Assembly (NCBI GenBank): GCA_051362555.1
Contig: CM120645.1
Coordinates: 13,578,001-13,642,000, forward strand
DNA from: Lingula anatina
Taxonomy: Eukaryota > Animalia > Brachiopoda
DNA length: 64,000 nt
Direction: 5' to 3'
Program-made: the position numbers and the translations under genes
In this document: positions 50,351 through 64,000 of the stretch, piece after piece
Layout: every line of letters begins with the position of its first letter
How positions within the stretch are numbered: the stretch's first letter is position 1
Notes under the pieces: generated by a model
What the model was told of the DNA's origin: nothing
The model's input: only the letters and a program-made list of their open reading frames with translations
The model's database searches: none

Positions 50351-53300
50351 GTAATTGCAAAAAAGTATTTTTTTCTTTTTTCATTTTTGTGTGGTCTGGA
50401 ATAATCCAGTACATTATTTCAGTACTGTAGTATATAGATATATGCAAAACACCCTCGAGCTTCTTTAGCATAGTTCTCTTAATATTCATTCAACTCTGAT
50501 CCTTACAAGATATTATAGAAGGGCCATTTTTAGCAAAATTTGATCAGAGCAATTTGATATTGTGTCTGGCATAGTTAATAAAAGATAAATACTGGGTCAA
50601 TTTAGAATTTGATACAGGATGTTAGATATTTCCTCTTGGCTTGGGCACTGAGATACCAGTGTCTCTGGCACATCCTCTGTCACGTAATTGTTTTAGGCAC
50701 ACTGGTCAAACATATTCCCATGCTGTGTTGACGGAGCAATGGAGTTAAAGCCCAAATGTAAACGGCAAAGATTTTAGCGAGCAGGCTCCAAGCTCTTCAC
50801 CTTTAGATAGCACCCCAAGGCAGTGCATAGAATCAACACAGATCTGTTGCATGTTAGATAATGTTGAGGATGCTGAATTAATTTTGTGGATGCCTCATCA
50901 AAGTATCTTTAATTGCATAGTTGGTTTTGCACTTTCTGTGAAACTTTCCTGTTTCAGTCAACTATCAGCTTTCTTCACGCTGAGTTCTAATGGGCATGTA
51001 GATATTGGCCATTGATTGGTCAGTTTGCTGGACCAATGAATGCATTTCTCTACAGCAAGCAATTAGTAGAAAGAATGGCTTGTGACTGAAACACAAGATT
51101 AAGCATACGTGGAAAGTTTTATGGGGGCAATGCTGATTTCTAGACTCCTTAATTTACCTGAAGTCATCAAAATAGACGCAATGTAATCCTGAAATGTGTT
51201 TTGTAATACAAGTTGAACAGTGCACAGATTCGGAGCAATGCAAAAGTTTGCACTATTTGATTTTGAAATTTAAATGATCAAAATCCCCAATTAACGTGCA
51301 GTATAGTCTACTAGTATTTCATTTTCCTAGTGTGTCACATGCAATTTTAAGTTTTTTTCTTTTTATATTATAGATGTGCGATGCCAATCTTTGAAGAAAA
51401 AATGACAGGCTCGTCATTTATTGCATGATTGTGCATATGTTACATGCCCTGTATATATGTGTCATGTTGACCTGATGCTAAAACCCAACCTATATTCTAA
51501 GCTTTCTTACTATATTTGGCTTACAAAGGCATTGTTCAAAGAAAATTCAAGCAATTAGATTCTAATTAAAAAAGAAAACAATCCACTGGTAGTGAGTATG
51601 GCACAGATTTTAATAATTAATTTATGATACCCTTAATGAAATATTGCCATCCACATTTCATACGCCTACTAGTCTCTTACAGATACCCTTTTTTTTTTTT
51701 TACCTCACATCATATAAAGTATTATTAAACTGCAAAACATGGCCATTTAAAATTAATCCCTATTGCAGAGAATACAATCAGTTATGATATAACAATTATC
51801 TTTTCTCTGTATATATATATATATATATATATGATATGCATAGTTGATGAAGGGAGAACAGCACAGCGTATACCACCATTCATGAAATATAAGTCTTTAC
51901 TAATTATATTTCTTTTGATGATTGATTTGTATGGGAGGGAATTAACCCTTTTCTTTGATGATCATATTGTACATCATTTTAATTGTTTGAGGGTGACAAA
52001 GTAGCTTGAAAACCATATCCATCTTACATTGTGTTGCATTATTGATTTGATGACTGTCACATGGAAATAAGTGTATTTGAGTGTTAATGCTGTTGTGTGT
52101 GGCACCCTGAATTTCGTAGTATTTAATTTGAGTGTTTATGCTGCTGGATATGGTACCCTGAATGTCGTAGCAACTTGATTGATCTTTTATTTGTGAATCC
52201 TTTTCAAACTCGATCACACAATGAGTATTAGACTTGTGTACAGTAGCAACATTTCAGTATTTCCTAGAATTTTCAATACTTAGTTAATCACCATGTAAAT
52301 TATTTATTCTTTTGATGGTGATTTGATTTTCAATAGTGCATGTCTGATATTTCTTTTCTAATGCATAAAGTTTAAAAAAATGTATTTACGCATATCCAAA
52401 CAACAATATGTGTCTAGTTATTCCCATTATTGATAATGTTGATTCAAAGATAAAAAGGCTCTAAGTATTTTATCATTTAATAGCAGAAACATTCATTTAA
52501 AATGGTATTTAAAAAACGAAATAACCACCCTGTTAACTCCAACTCCCATGGATCAACTCATCCCAGTTGAATTCAAATATTACACAAACAAATTCACAGT
52601 AGGGCCTAAAGTGGAACACCCAGATATATATACATATATTTCCCATAGTTGAACAGTTGGCATGTGCGAACAATCACCTCGGCTTCCCGCTGTATTTGTA
52701 TTTACTTTCCAGCGTGGCTTGGGGTAGGCAGGGAGGTCCGGGGTTATAATGCAATGTTGACTATGCTAATGGCAAGAAGTAAATGGATGTTGACATAGAA
52801 CCAAAGGTATTGTGTGGGACTGGTGTACACACATGCTTCAGTTGGAGCAAAAGGGGTTTTCGTTGACAAAAAGCAAATTGTCATGCAGCTCGCTTGGACA
52901 TTTTAAAGTGTGATTTTGTATACAAGATGGCCTCGTATAATGTGTATTATTGTATATATGCATTTTGCAGGAGTTGGAGACTGTAATATAACTTGATATG
53001 GGTGCTGGACAATATGAAAATGGTTTATGAAATAAAATTAAAAATAGAATAAACTTAAGGAATGGATTTGGCAAGTTGCAGAGCAATTACTTTCATGGCT
53101 GTGTAAAAGTGATGTGATATGATATTTAGTGGAAGAACAGTCCAAACTAGAGTAGAAATTTACTGGCATTATATTTATACTAGTATTTTATATAGGATGG
53201 TTGGCAGTATGCTTAATCATTGTCATTATTTTTAAAATAACCAAAATTGTTTTCTGACATGATTCTCCTGGTTTTTAAAACACTTTTGAGAGTTTTTGTT

Positions 53301-56300
53301 TATAAGTCTCTAACCAAAATGATGTCATTATTTGGATTAATTATGGTAAGTCACATATTTTTCAAGGGAAAATGGCTGTTAATTGACTGTGGAAATTTGA
53401 AGGTACTTTAGAGTGCCTGAAATCATCTCAATAATATACAGTAGTGTTCTGACAAATATGATTTAAAGGAATATAACAGAATTGATTTTGATATGTGTTC
53501 AGATTCTATTAAATATTTCACAATATTGTTGTAAATGTTATGTCTTCCACAAACTGTGAACAATACGAAAATGATCAAAAATTCATGGAAATATAATTTT
53601 AAAAAGGTTACCCTAACAGAATTACTTAGAAGTATCAAGACAAAAGTGTATACCAGCCCAGGTTTGTTAAGCATCAACCACCCAAATGCTCCATCAATTT
53701 AAATATCAATAAATGATTAAAATCAGAACTGGGGTGCCTTGAATTATTTAGGCAATTAGTCTACATGGTCTTTGTGGCAAAACCAAATTGTTGATGTACT
53801 ATTGAAAATGTATGACAGAACTTCTGGATGGATGCATTGTTTAAGGTACATTTAATGCCATGAATTGTTGCAGCAACTCGCATTTGAGGTCCATATTGTT
53901 TAGTAAATTAATGGGAAGAAATGTAAATGATTACTTTGAAAAAGCACATTTTATACAGAGAGCAGTAAGCAAGTATACAAAGAAAGCTAAAAGATACACA
54001 TTTGAAACTTGCCCAAAGTCATTATTTTCTGTGTCTACATGTCCTGCAATGCTACCTATCAGTGCCATTGTGCCAGACCTTTAAAAGGATGAAATCCCTC
54101 TTGCTAGTAGACTAAAAATACCTAATTTTAGTATTTCCTTTTAAAATATATACAGGAAAACAATGCAGTTTAACTTAACAGGAAACATTTACAACTATAT
54201 ATCATTTAAAGGTATTATACTTTCTGAGTTTGAAACTGTCCCAGAGGTAGACATCTTTCCAACTCCAGATCTTAAAAAGGATGAAAACCCTCAAATAAAA
54301 GAACCTGATGTTGACATTTGCTTCTGAAATGTACTGGAAAACATGGTGGTATAAATAACTGACCAGCCATTTAAAACTAAATAATTTAATAAGAAAAATT
54401 ATGAAAAATTGAATCCAAGTTTAGAAAAGAGTAGAGCAATGATATTTGTTAGAAAAAGGAAATAACTTACGTTTTCACAGCAAAATTGGATTTGGAAGGA
54501 AAAGCTTGGATAGGATACCCTAAATAACCTTCTTTAAATAAGAGCTTAATGATAAAAAAACCTCTTAAAATGTTAATTCCCAGCACTGTGGTTTTAGAAT
54601 ATTATTAAGATTGTTGCATTGCAGGGGGAGAACATGCAGGCTACTATGTTTTTTTTCTTTTTTTTTTCCATCGACCAGGTGCAAGTTTTGGGGTAGCATA
54701 AAGTGGGGTTGAATGTTTTTGTAATAATTTTTTAATTAAAAAATGGGTTGCCATTGAATGTGAAAAGCTTTTTGTTAAGACATGGTGCTGATTTGATGTG
54801 CTTTCCATAACTGACAGATAAGAAAGTGATTAATTATAACAAAATATACCGCTGGCATATTCAGGAAGACACTTCACACACTGTATGTTGTCTAATTAAG
54901 TTGTCTGTTTAACTAACACATTGCTCTGGTCGGTTGTGCCAATAAATTAATAATAATGGAAGCCACTCATCTGAAGAATTGTGCTCATTATGGCAAGGCA
55001 AGATGGTCTGTTATGGCCTAAGCCGATCTGATTCGTAGGGGTAGCATGCAACAGTGCATGCAGTTTATAATTAGAGCTAAAGTGATTTTTTTCTTGATTT
55101 TTTTTCACTGTAAATTTAGCTAATGAATCTTTTAAGAGGGCCTTCGCTGCATTTTAGGAGCTTCAGTAACAAACTTCATTCTAAATGTTAATGAAAAAAA
55201 TTAGGCATTTAGTAAAAATAGTTTAAAATGTGCATCAGATGTTTATACCTTGTCAAAAGGGATAATTTTTTTCAGCACATTCTGTAATTTTTTTTGATAA
55301 GGATATAATGAAAGATTATTTCCCTTTGTTCATCAGATTTCTGTTTTAGATATAAGTAATCCTTTTATTGATTTCAAAACAATTGCGTGAGATAACGTAA
55401 CAATTAGTCATACATAATCGCACTAGTAATTTGACATTAGGTCTGATTAATTGGAATACCTTCTAAGTTCATTAAAAGGCCATTGTTTGAAAGCACTTTT
55501 TTAATTTAATTGGGTGGTTGATAGATATCTTGCTCTCAAAGGACTGTTGCTGCTGTTGACATTGAGAATGTTGGTATTTCTGTTTGTATTGAAAATTAAC
55601 CCATGTGTGAGTAATTTTAAATTCTAAGCTCATTTACGTACAATTGGTACAGATTACTTCAAATGTTCTCCTAAAATTGCATACACTTCAAATCATCTTC
55701 AATTGTCGAGAAGTGTTACACTTTCTTTATTCCCCCAAATACCAGGGACATGTTAAAACTATATTATGGACTCCTTTATGTATAATTTGTTCTCAAAAAT
55801 CAATGGCGGGGTTCAATATTCCAACTTCTAAGAGGATCCAGCCCTGAAGCAATGTTTGTTCTAGACTCCGCAATTACTCTTATGATTACATGAAAAGTAA
55901 TTTGCTAACTGTTCCCTGATTGGCTGAATTGTTGGTGCCACAAATCGAATTTCTTTTTTTTTTTATTTATCATTTTGTTTTTATTAGATTTGAAGGATGC
56001 ACATGAGGCGAGTTAAATAGAAAATCAGATTTTTTTTATTCAAAATTTCGTCACTTTGTCTTCCAGTTTGTGAGCAAGGGACACATGGTTTCAGTTTTAT
56101 AGCAGAAGGTTTAAGCTTATTAATATTTTTCATGTAACTGTATCATCCTGATTTATTTTATTCTAGTAAATTAAAATGAGTTCAAGAGGAAAAAAAACAG
56201 TGCTTAATAAAAATGATATCAGATGTCAGTGCATTCACTATTTAAATCTTGAAGGAGGAGTGCATCATTTCAGCAAACACTGACTGTTACCACTTCGGAA

Positions 56301-59300
56301 ATCCTTACAGTTGTTTCAGTTATTTGATAAATGAAGATACAACAGTCATTAGTAACAGTAAGAGGATTGACACAGGTACAAATATAATGAACTTCTTGAA
56401 AATTACTCACTCTAAGATGTGAGCTGCATGCGGCACCATGTTGTGATAATTCTAACAAACACTTTTTGCATTCTCGTAGTGTCTGCCCTTCGTGCTTAAG
56501 TGACACATAGCGTGATTATCCGTGTTTAAATATCACTTAATGAATGACAGTTAACATGAAGGTCTGTGAGGCTAACATCTTTATGTACACAGATAACCCT
56601 TGCAGGGGGCCAGTGAATAAATTCTTGCAGGAAAAAAGGGTTTTCTCAGTATTGATCCAATTTTTCATGTATGCTGGTAAATATATTTTGTGCATCACGT
56701 AAATTGGTTTGCATTTTTGTTGTGTTGTTTATGTTGTTTAATTATGAAATATAGCGCCTTGTAACTTTTATCTAGATAAAAGCAGTTATATTATTCTTAC
56801 ATTCATGTTATTACTATATTTTTTAATAACATGAATGAAAGAATAACATACTAGCTAGTAACTGTTATTATCTTGATAAAAGTTATGAGTTTTTTATAAG
56901 GTATCAAAATGGGTCCTTTTGATGTAGTTACAATAGCCAGGATTGAATTTTTAATTAGTAGTTCGGCAATTTGAGACTGCATGTGAAAGGTAATAGTATC
57001 ACTTTTTGTTGTTTTCTTGCAATTTGAACAACATACAATTTCTGACTAAAGAAGTGTGCTTATATATCACACATGATAGTAGTTAGCTTATAGATCAAGT
57101 AATGATTTTTCATTCGCCTTTCTTGCATTTTTTCAAACTACATTGGAATTAATTTGAAAAAGGTTGAAAGTGTACCAATCCAGAGAGTAAAGTCAGTTCA
57201 GACATGATCTTGCCACACACTGAGCAGGATTTCACACCAAGGGAACACAAACTTATTCAAAGTTTTGTGAATGAAAGTGCTATTTGTGTCCGACTTTTAT
57301 ATAGGGATATCATACAATTCATTTCACCTTCGTGCTCAGCTTGCTGGGGATCTTTGTGAAAATTTTCATATTCATGGTAAAGGGCCCCAGTTTTAAGACA
57401 TCATTCAGAAACATGGATAGAGAATTGTAAATGTGCGATTATGCTGATCTCTGGCCCGGGTGTTTAAACTAAAAGCCAGAATCTTTTGAGTTTGGTGGAG
57501 TATAGAAGTCGTGTTTGGACAGAGCACTGAGTCCCCTCCTTTCACCATTATTTCTTCTTTTATACACTTTTGGTCGCCTTAGCAACAGTATTTGTTCCGT
57601 ATCACAACACAAGCCCAATTCAATCCAATATGGTTATTTAGACTAATAGTTCCTTTAACTTTTCAAGACTGTTCATTCATAACTATACCAAAACACCAAA
57701 ATTGTATACTAGCAAAACACAGGCTTACAAATTGGCCCAGATGCTAACAGGTAACTAGAAAAACGTTCAATGCCGAGTAAAGTAAACACGGTTCGGCAGC
57801 CGTGAAAAAAGCTCTTTCAAGATGGTGTGTTGAGAGGCTGAATGGCAGCAACTGGAAGGGAAGTCTACGGGTATTGTGTAATGGAATGTCGCTTTTGTGT
57901 AGCGTTATGTCGTTGACAAAGTGCAATGGGGAGGACCACGCTCTACACTCACAAAGCGGGAACTCTTTTGTGTGTGTGGACAATGGGGAGGCCATTGTTT
58001 GGCTAATGCATATTTATTGGAGAGCCCTGTTGTAGGACGGCTTAGTTCCACATCTAGTGCTCTGTGCCCTCGTGTTTCGCCACCATCGTGGCCGTGGCCA
58101 GACACTGGCTCTTTGGACTGGGGACCCATTTTGGAGAAGGGGTGTGTGAAAATGGCAGCAGAGAGCGACGGGAATTAAGGGTCATTTTGGTGGTAATGAC
58201 AGTATCTCTTCTGTGGCAGAATGGGGGTCTTCCTTGACTGGGAAGTAGAAGGGAATGATGTTGTCTTAAGTTAGTTGCTGTATGAGGATGGCAGTGAGAA
58301 GGTAAGAAACCAGTTTGTTGGCAAAGTGTTACAACACATACATATTACATCTTTATTTTAGTACTTACACATGTATGACTCATAAGGAAAGCCCTATGGG
58401 CAAAAAAAAAAACATACTTTTTGAACATTTTTTTTCTTAGAATGTTGAAAATCTGTGAGGCCAGAGGGATCTGAACTTAAACTGTAAGGATACAAGGCTA
58501 CATGGGAAATATAATAACAGCGTTTTGTTAGGAATCAGGGTCACATGTTTTAACTGGAAGAATGGGAGAATGGCGAGGACAGGTTGACGATGGTAAAATT
58601 ATCTCCCCTCGGCAATGGATATCCCAGTGTGCGTTCACGTTTGGTATTGGTGTAGACAGGGACTTAGTGAGGTGGCCTAGTTGTCATGGAACAGTGGACG
58701 GTTTGAAAAGCTAGGGAGCATGTGTTTAGAGAATGGCTCTCCTTGTGTATGGAGATGTCATTATGGTGATTAGGGTGAAGGATTTCGGCTCCCGGAGAAG
58801 TTTTACATGACAGTAGTTAAAATGATTTTAGGTGTATTGTGTTGTATGTGTACTTGAAAAAAAAAAATGTTAGTTTCTTTTTTAAAGTTAGTTTCTTTTT
58901 TAAAGGCGGAATGTGAAAGTGTTGAAAAATTTTATATGTGAGCTGATCAGAAATGAACTGGTAATAGGCATTAACATCAGGAGCATTTTTATAAATTTTA
59001 ATTTACTTTAATCCTCAAAAATGTTCTTTGCATATTTTCAGTGAAAGAGAATTATACCTCCAAGAAATGTTGAATGACTGTTTTTTGTGTTTGTTGATTG
59101 GGCTTCAATTTATTAGGATAAATTATTTAAAATTATTTCATTTCTTGGAAACTTAAATGTTGCAGTTACAAAACTTTACAAAAGAAAAAATAAAATGAAT
59201 TCCTGTAGCCAGCTTATATGTGAAATTTTGCACCAATTTTGATGCCAATTTGTCACTGACACAAGCATCAATCAACCAAACTGATGATTAATGTGAATGC

Positions 59301-62300
59301 TAACTTGCAGTTTTGTATCATGTCAATTTATTAATAATATGTGATGCCTTACCTGGATACATCAATCATATTAAAAAAGTTATGCTTAATGATTTGCATA
59401 CACCCAAAATTTTCTCCCCTGGGCATGTTTTGCCTGGTGTGTACTGGCCATTGCTTGGGCTATAATGGGGTACTATAATGGGTGACCACTGACTGATCAT
59501 GATCCACTTCACTGACCAAGCTCCCCCCCACACCCTTCCTCTTTGACGTGTTCTTCAGTTAACAAGAAAGTGCGAAAATGCTGCTGGGACAATAGCTTTT
59601 ACCGGTAATTGAATTCTGTTGTGCAATTCATTAGGGAGTCATTAGAGGAATGGATGGGAAAATGATTGTGGCTTTTCAGTTTGCATCAAGATGGCTTGTT
59701 TCAAAGTGTTACACTATTGAAAAGATAAGTAATGTTAACATCTTTTTTTTTGAGGAAATAGGAATATTTTTCTGTATGATTACTCACTCCCAACTTTTAT
59801 AATATATTTGCTGATATCTGATCCTGTTAATCATTGAAGCAGACATTGACTGGAATCTATACGTAGGCTGAAAGAGAGTGGGTGGGTGTGTGGGGGTGGA
59901 AAGAAGGGGAGAGAGTGTGGGGGAGGGTGTGTGGGTTGGAAAAGTTGAAGTCTTTTGGTGTTGAAAGAGGGAGAGATGTGAGGGAGGGTGAGAGGTAATT
60001 TAGTTATCGTACTGCCCTAGTTAGTGCCTAGAAGTGAAGAAAAAAAAAAAAAAGAGCTGAGAAAATGATTTATTGAAACCTGAATATCATCATTTTGAAA
60101 TGATGAGGAGCCATTATGATTCCAATTAACCGACCCTGATAGCTAGTGTAAAGTATCCAACATTTGCAAATGGAATGATTATATGCTGTATTGTATATGT
60201 TTTCATTTATTTTACATCAGTTTTACTAAAAAGCTTTCACACTGTTACAGTGGTAACAGCAGTCACCATGAAAGTAAAGGTATCATGTTAGCATTAAATG
60301 TCTCTCTTCTCCAAACAACCTCATGGATTGATTAAAGTTATGATAAATCAATGTATGGATAAAGAGATAGAAGGACCCATTTGGAGTTAAGACAAATTGC
60401 TTTAATTTTGAAGTCAATACAAACTTAGTCATATCTTGACAAAACACTTTGGTTTATGAAAATTTTCGTCATTGCCTACTGAAGAGAACAGCCTTCAGAT
60501 ACACATATTTTTTTCACAATATGGAATTGACACAGCTGTTCTTGAGAGAAATATTGTGTGTGCTTAACTATACAGATCTACCAAATTACATGGTGAAAAG
60601 AGCAACATAATTTGGCAGAATTACAATACTTCTTGGACAATTAGGAGAATGCCAGAGTCCTTGAGTGGGAATGAAATTGGAGAGAGATTAACATGGAGAC
60701 CGCATTTTTAAATTTGTCAACCCTCATATTGAGTTATATAAAAGATGAAGTGTACTGCTTGGCCGGACCAATCTCTTACGTACACACCAAACCCGAGTAG
60801 TAATCCCTATTGTAAATCTCAAGCTTAAATTTGACCTAATCTTCCCTGCCTTCAAATTGTTTGATCTTCGCAAACGACGGGTCCCATTCTTCCCGCTCCG
60901 AGCTGGGCAGGGCTGCGTGTGCAAGCCTTATACATACACGGATTTCTATATGGTATACACATGGACCAATTTGGCTTGCATTGAGATTAACCTGCTGGAA
61001 ATGTTATGCTCCTTGTCCATGGAGGGGTTATGCAATGTGTGCAATGCCACAAAGAGAGGACAAATAATTGGACATGCAGGTGAGAGGAGAAATTTTCCCG
61101 CCTTGACGCCTGCATGCCTAAGGCAATGACAGCGAGGGAATAGTGGAGAAACTACGAACACAGAGGCGAGTTGACTGATTGTCCACCATTTAAATGTACA
61201 GGTATGTGTCGGCCATCTTGGACAAATTAGTTGCCTCACGGTGTGTGTATGTGTGCGTGCATGTGCATAGGTTTGTGTGTGTGTGTGCCAGCCACTAAAT
61301 AGTAGTGCAAAATTGCATGTATGTGGGTCCTTATACTTGTGTGTAAGCATGCATGTGTGTGAGCTTTTTCATAAAACTCAATTCATACCACCATGCAATG
61401 GGATGTTTTCCAGATATTTGAACAGTGAACCTGCAATTGATTTCAGTGTTTAAGTTCAGTTGATTTGAGCACGTACTTGATGTGGCTATGGCCTGTAACG
61501 ATAAAACAGGCAAATATATCTAATAGTAATGCTGTTAACGTTACTGCTGCTATAGATAACACTCAGTTTTATGATGTAATAATATGTGGATTGATTCAAG
61601 ACTGCTGTACGTAGCTAGGGTTGAATGAAATGCTCACTAAGGATTTATGAATGTATTATATGATATCATTGATGACTATATTCATGCAGGGCACATATGC
61701 GTTGTAATGGCTACAGTTGTGTGAGAATCCCATCTGTATGCAGGCCAACATGTGTACCAGTATATGTCACACCATAATTACATTAAAGTACATTGTATCA
61801 GCATATGTGCATATCAGCCCCCCCCCCCCCCATATGCACATGCATTCACACGTGCAGATACATATACCCATATGTATATCGTATTAAATACTTAAATACT
61901 AGGTTAAATCTTTGGCTAAACCCACTCTTGCTCCAATTCCAATGTGGTCAGTGCACAACTGGACAAAGAGTTTGACAGATGATTGACCCTTGTTAGGTGG
62001 CGACAAATTGCAGCCCATTATATCGGTGGCGACAGTCACCAAGTAGCCAGAGTCCCGCTGTGCCCTTAGTGTCCAGTCAGGTATGACTAGACTCTAATCT
62101 GCAGGAAAAGGGGAGATGATGGTAAAGATAGGGTGGGGAACAGGTGGTTGGGGATGGGTTAGTGGATGGGCATATTGGCATTTTCAAATTGGGACCTAGA
62201 ACCCCCACGGGTGTGAAGCTGAATGATATTCATATTTTCTGAATGTCCATGTTATTTAAAGTAGATGATTAAAAATTTGGTGGTAATTATACCTTAAATC

Positions 62301-63558
62301 ATAATGTAATATTGCATCAAAATTGAAAAAAACTTGCTTTGTGCACTGCCACCACAAACGTTATGAAAAGAAAACAGTGTTACTTCTTTTTTTTTTTTTA
62401 ACTTACCAGAATGATTCTTAGGATTGAGATACAGGATTGACATACAGAAAAAGGGGAGATGATAGCAGAGATAGGGGGGAGGAACAGGTGGTTGGGGATG
62501 GGTAAGTGATGAGTGATTGGTATTGTGGACAGGAGCATGTTGTCATTGTGTGGATGTCACATACTTCCTGAGGAACACTGTAAGATTGGCTCATGTTGCA
62601 CTAATGTTGGGTAATGGGCAGTAATGTGGGAATACTTGGTACCTTATCCACACAGCACTGGGGTGCACTGAATAAATATTGCTGGAAGAGTTCTTGCCAG
62701 CCGTTAATATTGAAATATATATATATATATATTTTTTTTTATTTATTTTCTTATTTATTATTATTGGAACTTATTTTTTACAACATTTATGAACTTAACT
62801 TGCTGGATGTATGGTATCTCCTTAATTAAAAAAAAAAAAAATTTAGATATAAAATTTTACCAAATACATCAGCAAAATTTCATCTCCTAAAAGAAATGAA
62901 CAATCCTACACCTAGGTCTGGTATGCCAAAGAGGAAATAAAGCCACAGCAGAGATATTGGTATATTTGAAAGGAATTTTGAGTTACTGTCAGTGAGTCAT
63001 TCAAATTTGATAGTAAACTGCACTTTCTGTGAAGTCTTGGAGGAGTAGCATTGTCTACTAGTAAAGTGGAAAATAACTTGCAATGCGAGATTTTTAGTAT
63101 AAGATAAGTCAATACAATGAACAATTGAGCGATCCACCGAGGATAGTTTTTCACATAATTGATTGGGTGCCCTAGCACTTGTGTTGCACTTAGAGGTTAG
63201 CTGAACTGGAGATATTACACGACTGTGTGTCGCTTAAGTAGTCAAACAATATAAGGGTTCATATTTTAATTGGACATTTTTTTCACTATAATGCTCACTG
63301 ATATGCCATTATTGATCAGGTGAAAAAGCACATTTTACAAGTAGCAATTCAGGCAGATGAGGTACCATGAAAATGAAGAGATAATTGAAAGGAATACACT
63401 GATGTTTTATATCGGAGTTTAAGGAGAAATTTCCACAATGTTAGACTTGGTTTTACCATTTACAGCGAGGTTTAGTTGTTTAAGGATTTGCATAGCTCTA
63501 TGAAAAAAGGACATTTTTATTAATCCCTCATTTATTTTTCATTTTATACTGTCACAGT

Positions 63559-63595
<37 letters not shown>

Positions 63596-64000
63596 AAAAT
63601 TAAATAGGAACAGATAAAGATTTGGTAAATTAATTACTTGTTCTGCCTAAATGATGCCTCCACCACCACCCCTCCGTCCCCCCTGTACCCCAAGGAAAAT
63701 AGTCAAATTCAAATTCCTACCCCCATAGAATCATCACTATGCCAGACTACCCCTCCACATATTATAGTAAATAGCTGACATGCCACTAGAGTCCCCCCCA
63801 GTGTATATTTATGTCAATGTGTGTATTAGGGTTATCTCCAGCCAAATGTTATCTCAAGTTATAGCTTGTAAAGAGGACAGATTTATGTCAATGTTGACTC
63901 TTGGGAATAACTACAGGGCTTACATGGCATCTACAGATGGGATCAGGTTGTATGCTTTTAAAAAAAAGTTGTGCATTTCCCTTTTTTTTTTTAATGGATG

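Noticed and set aside
58275-58301. 27-nt phase-0 microexon (LLYEDGSEK)
   Set aside because: The acceptor lacks a convincing pyrimidine tract, and it cannot be separated from the first-exon reading.
62105-62505. ~55-bp imperfect purine-rich direct repeats about 340 bp apart
   Set aside because: No TG..CA termini, TSD or internal coding signal; likely a local duplication.

Overview
AT-rich, intron-containing animal (probably invertebrate) genomic DNA. The left end holds the last three exons of a nicotinic acetylcholine receptor alpha subunit (+), convergent with a class A GPCR with an uninterrupted CDS (-). The centre (~9.3-41.3 kb) is a five-copy tandem array with a period of about 6.0-6.7 kb. 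Each copy carries an intact, seven-coding-exon minus-strand gene for a ~220-aa protein made of one ZO-1/TJP-type first PDZ domain plus a short basic tail. Each copy also has its own TATA/Inr promoter with TCF-like sites and a conserved intron in the 3' UTR. The genes alternate with a divergent tRNA-Thr/tRNA-Pro pair in different states of decay, and two intact tRNA-Pro(AGG) genes bracket the array. The units also carry relics of the GPCR 5' UTR and of a decayed protein kinase, plus several MITEs that date individual copies. From ~42.3 kb a large-intron plus-strand gene begins (two compatible exons found, product unidentified) and the rest looks intronic. All gene models were spliced and translated by hand; no database searches were run.
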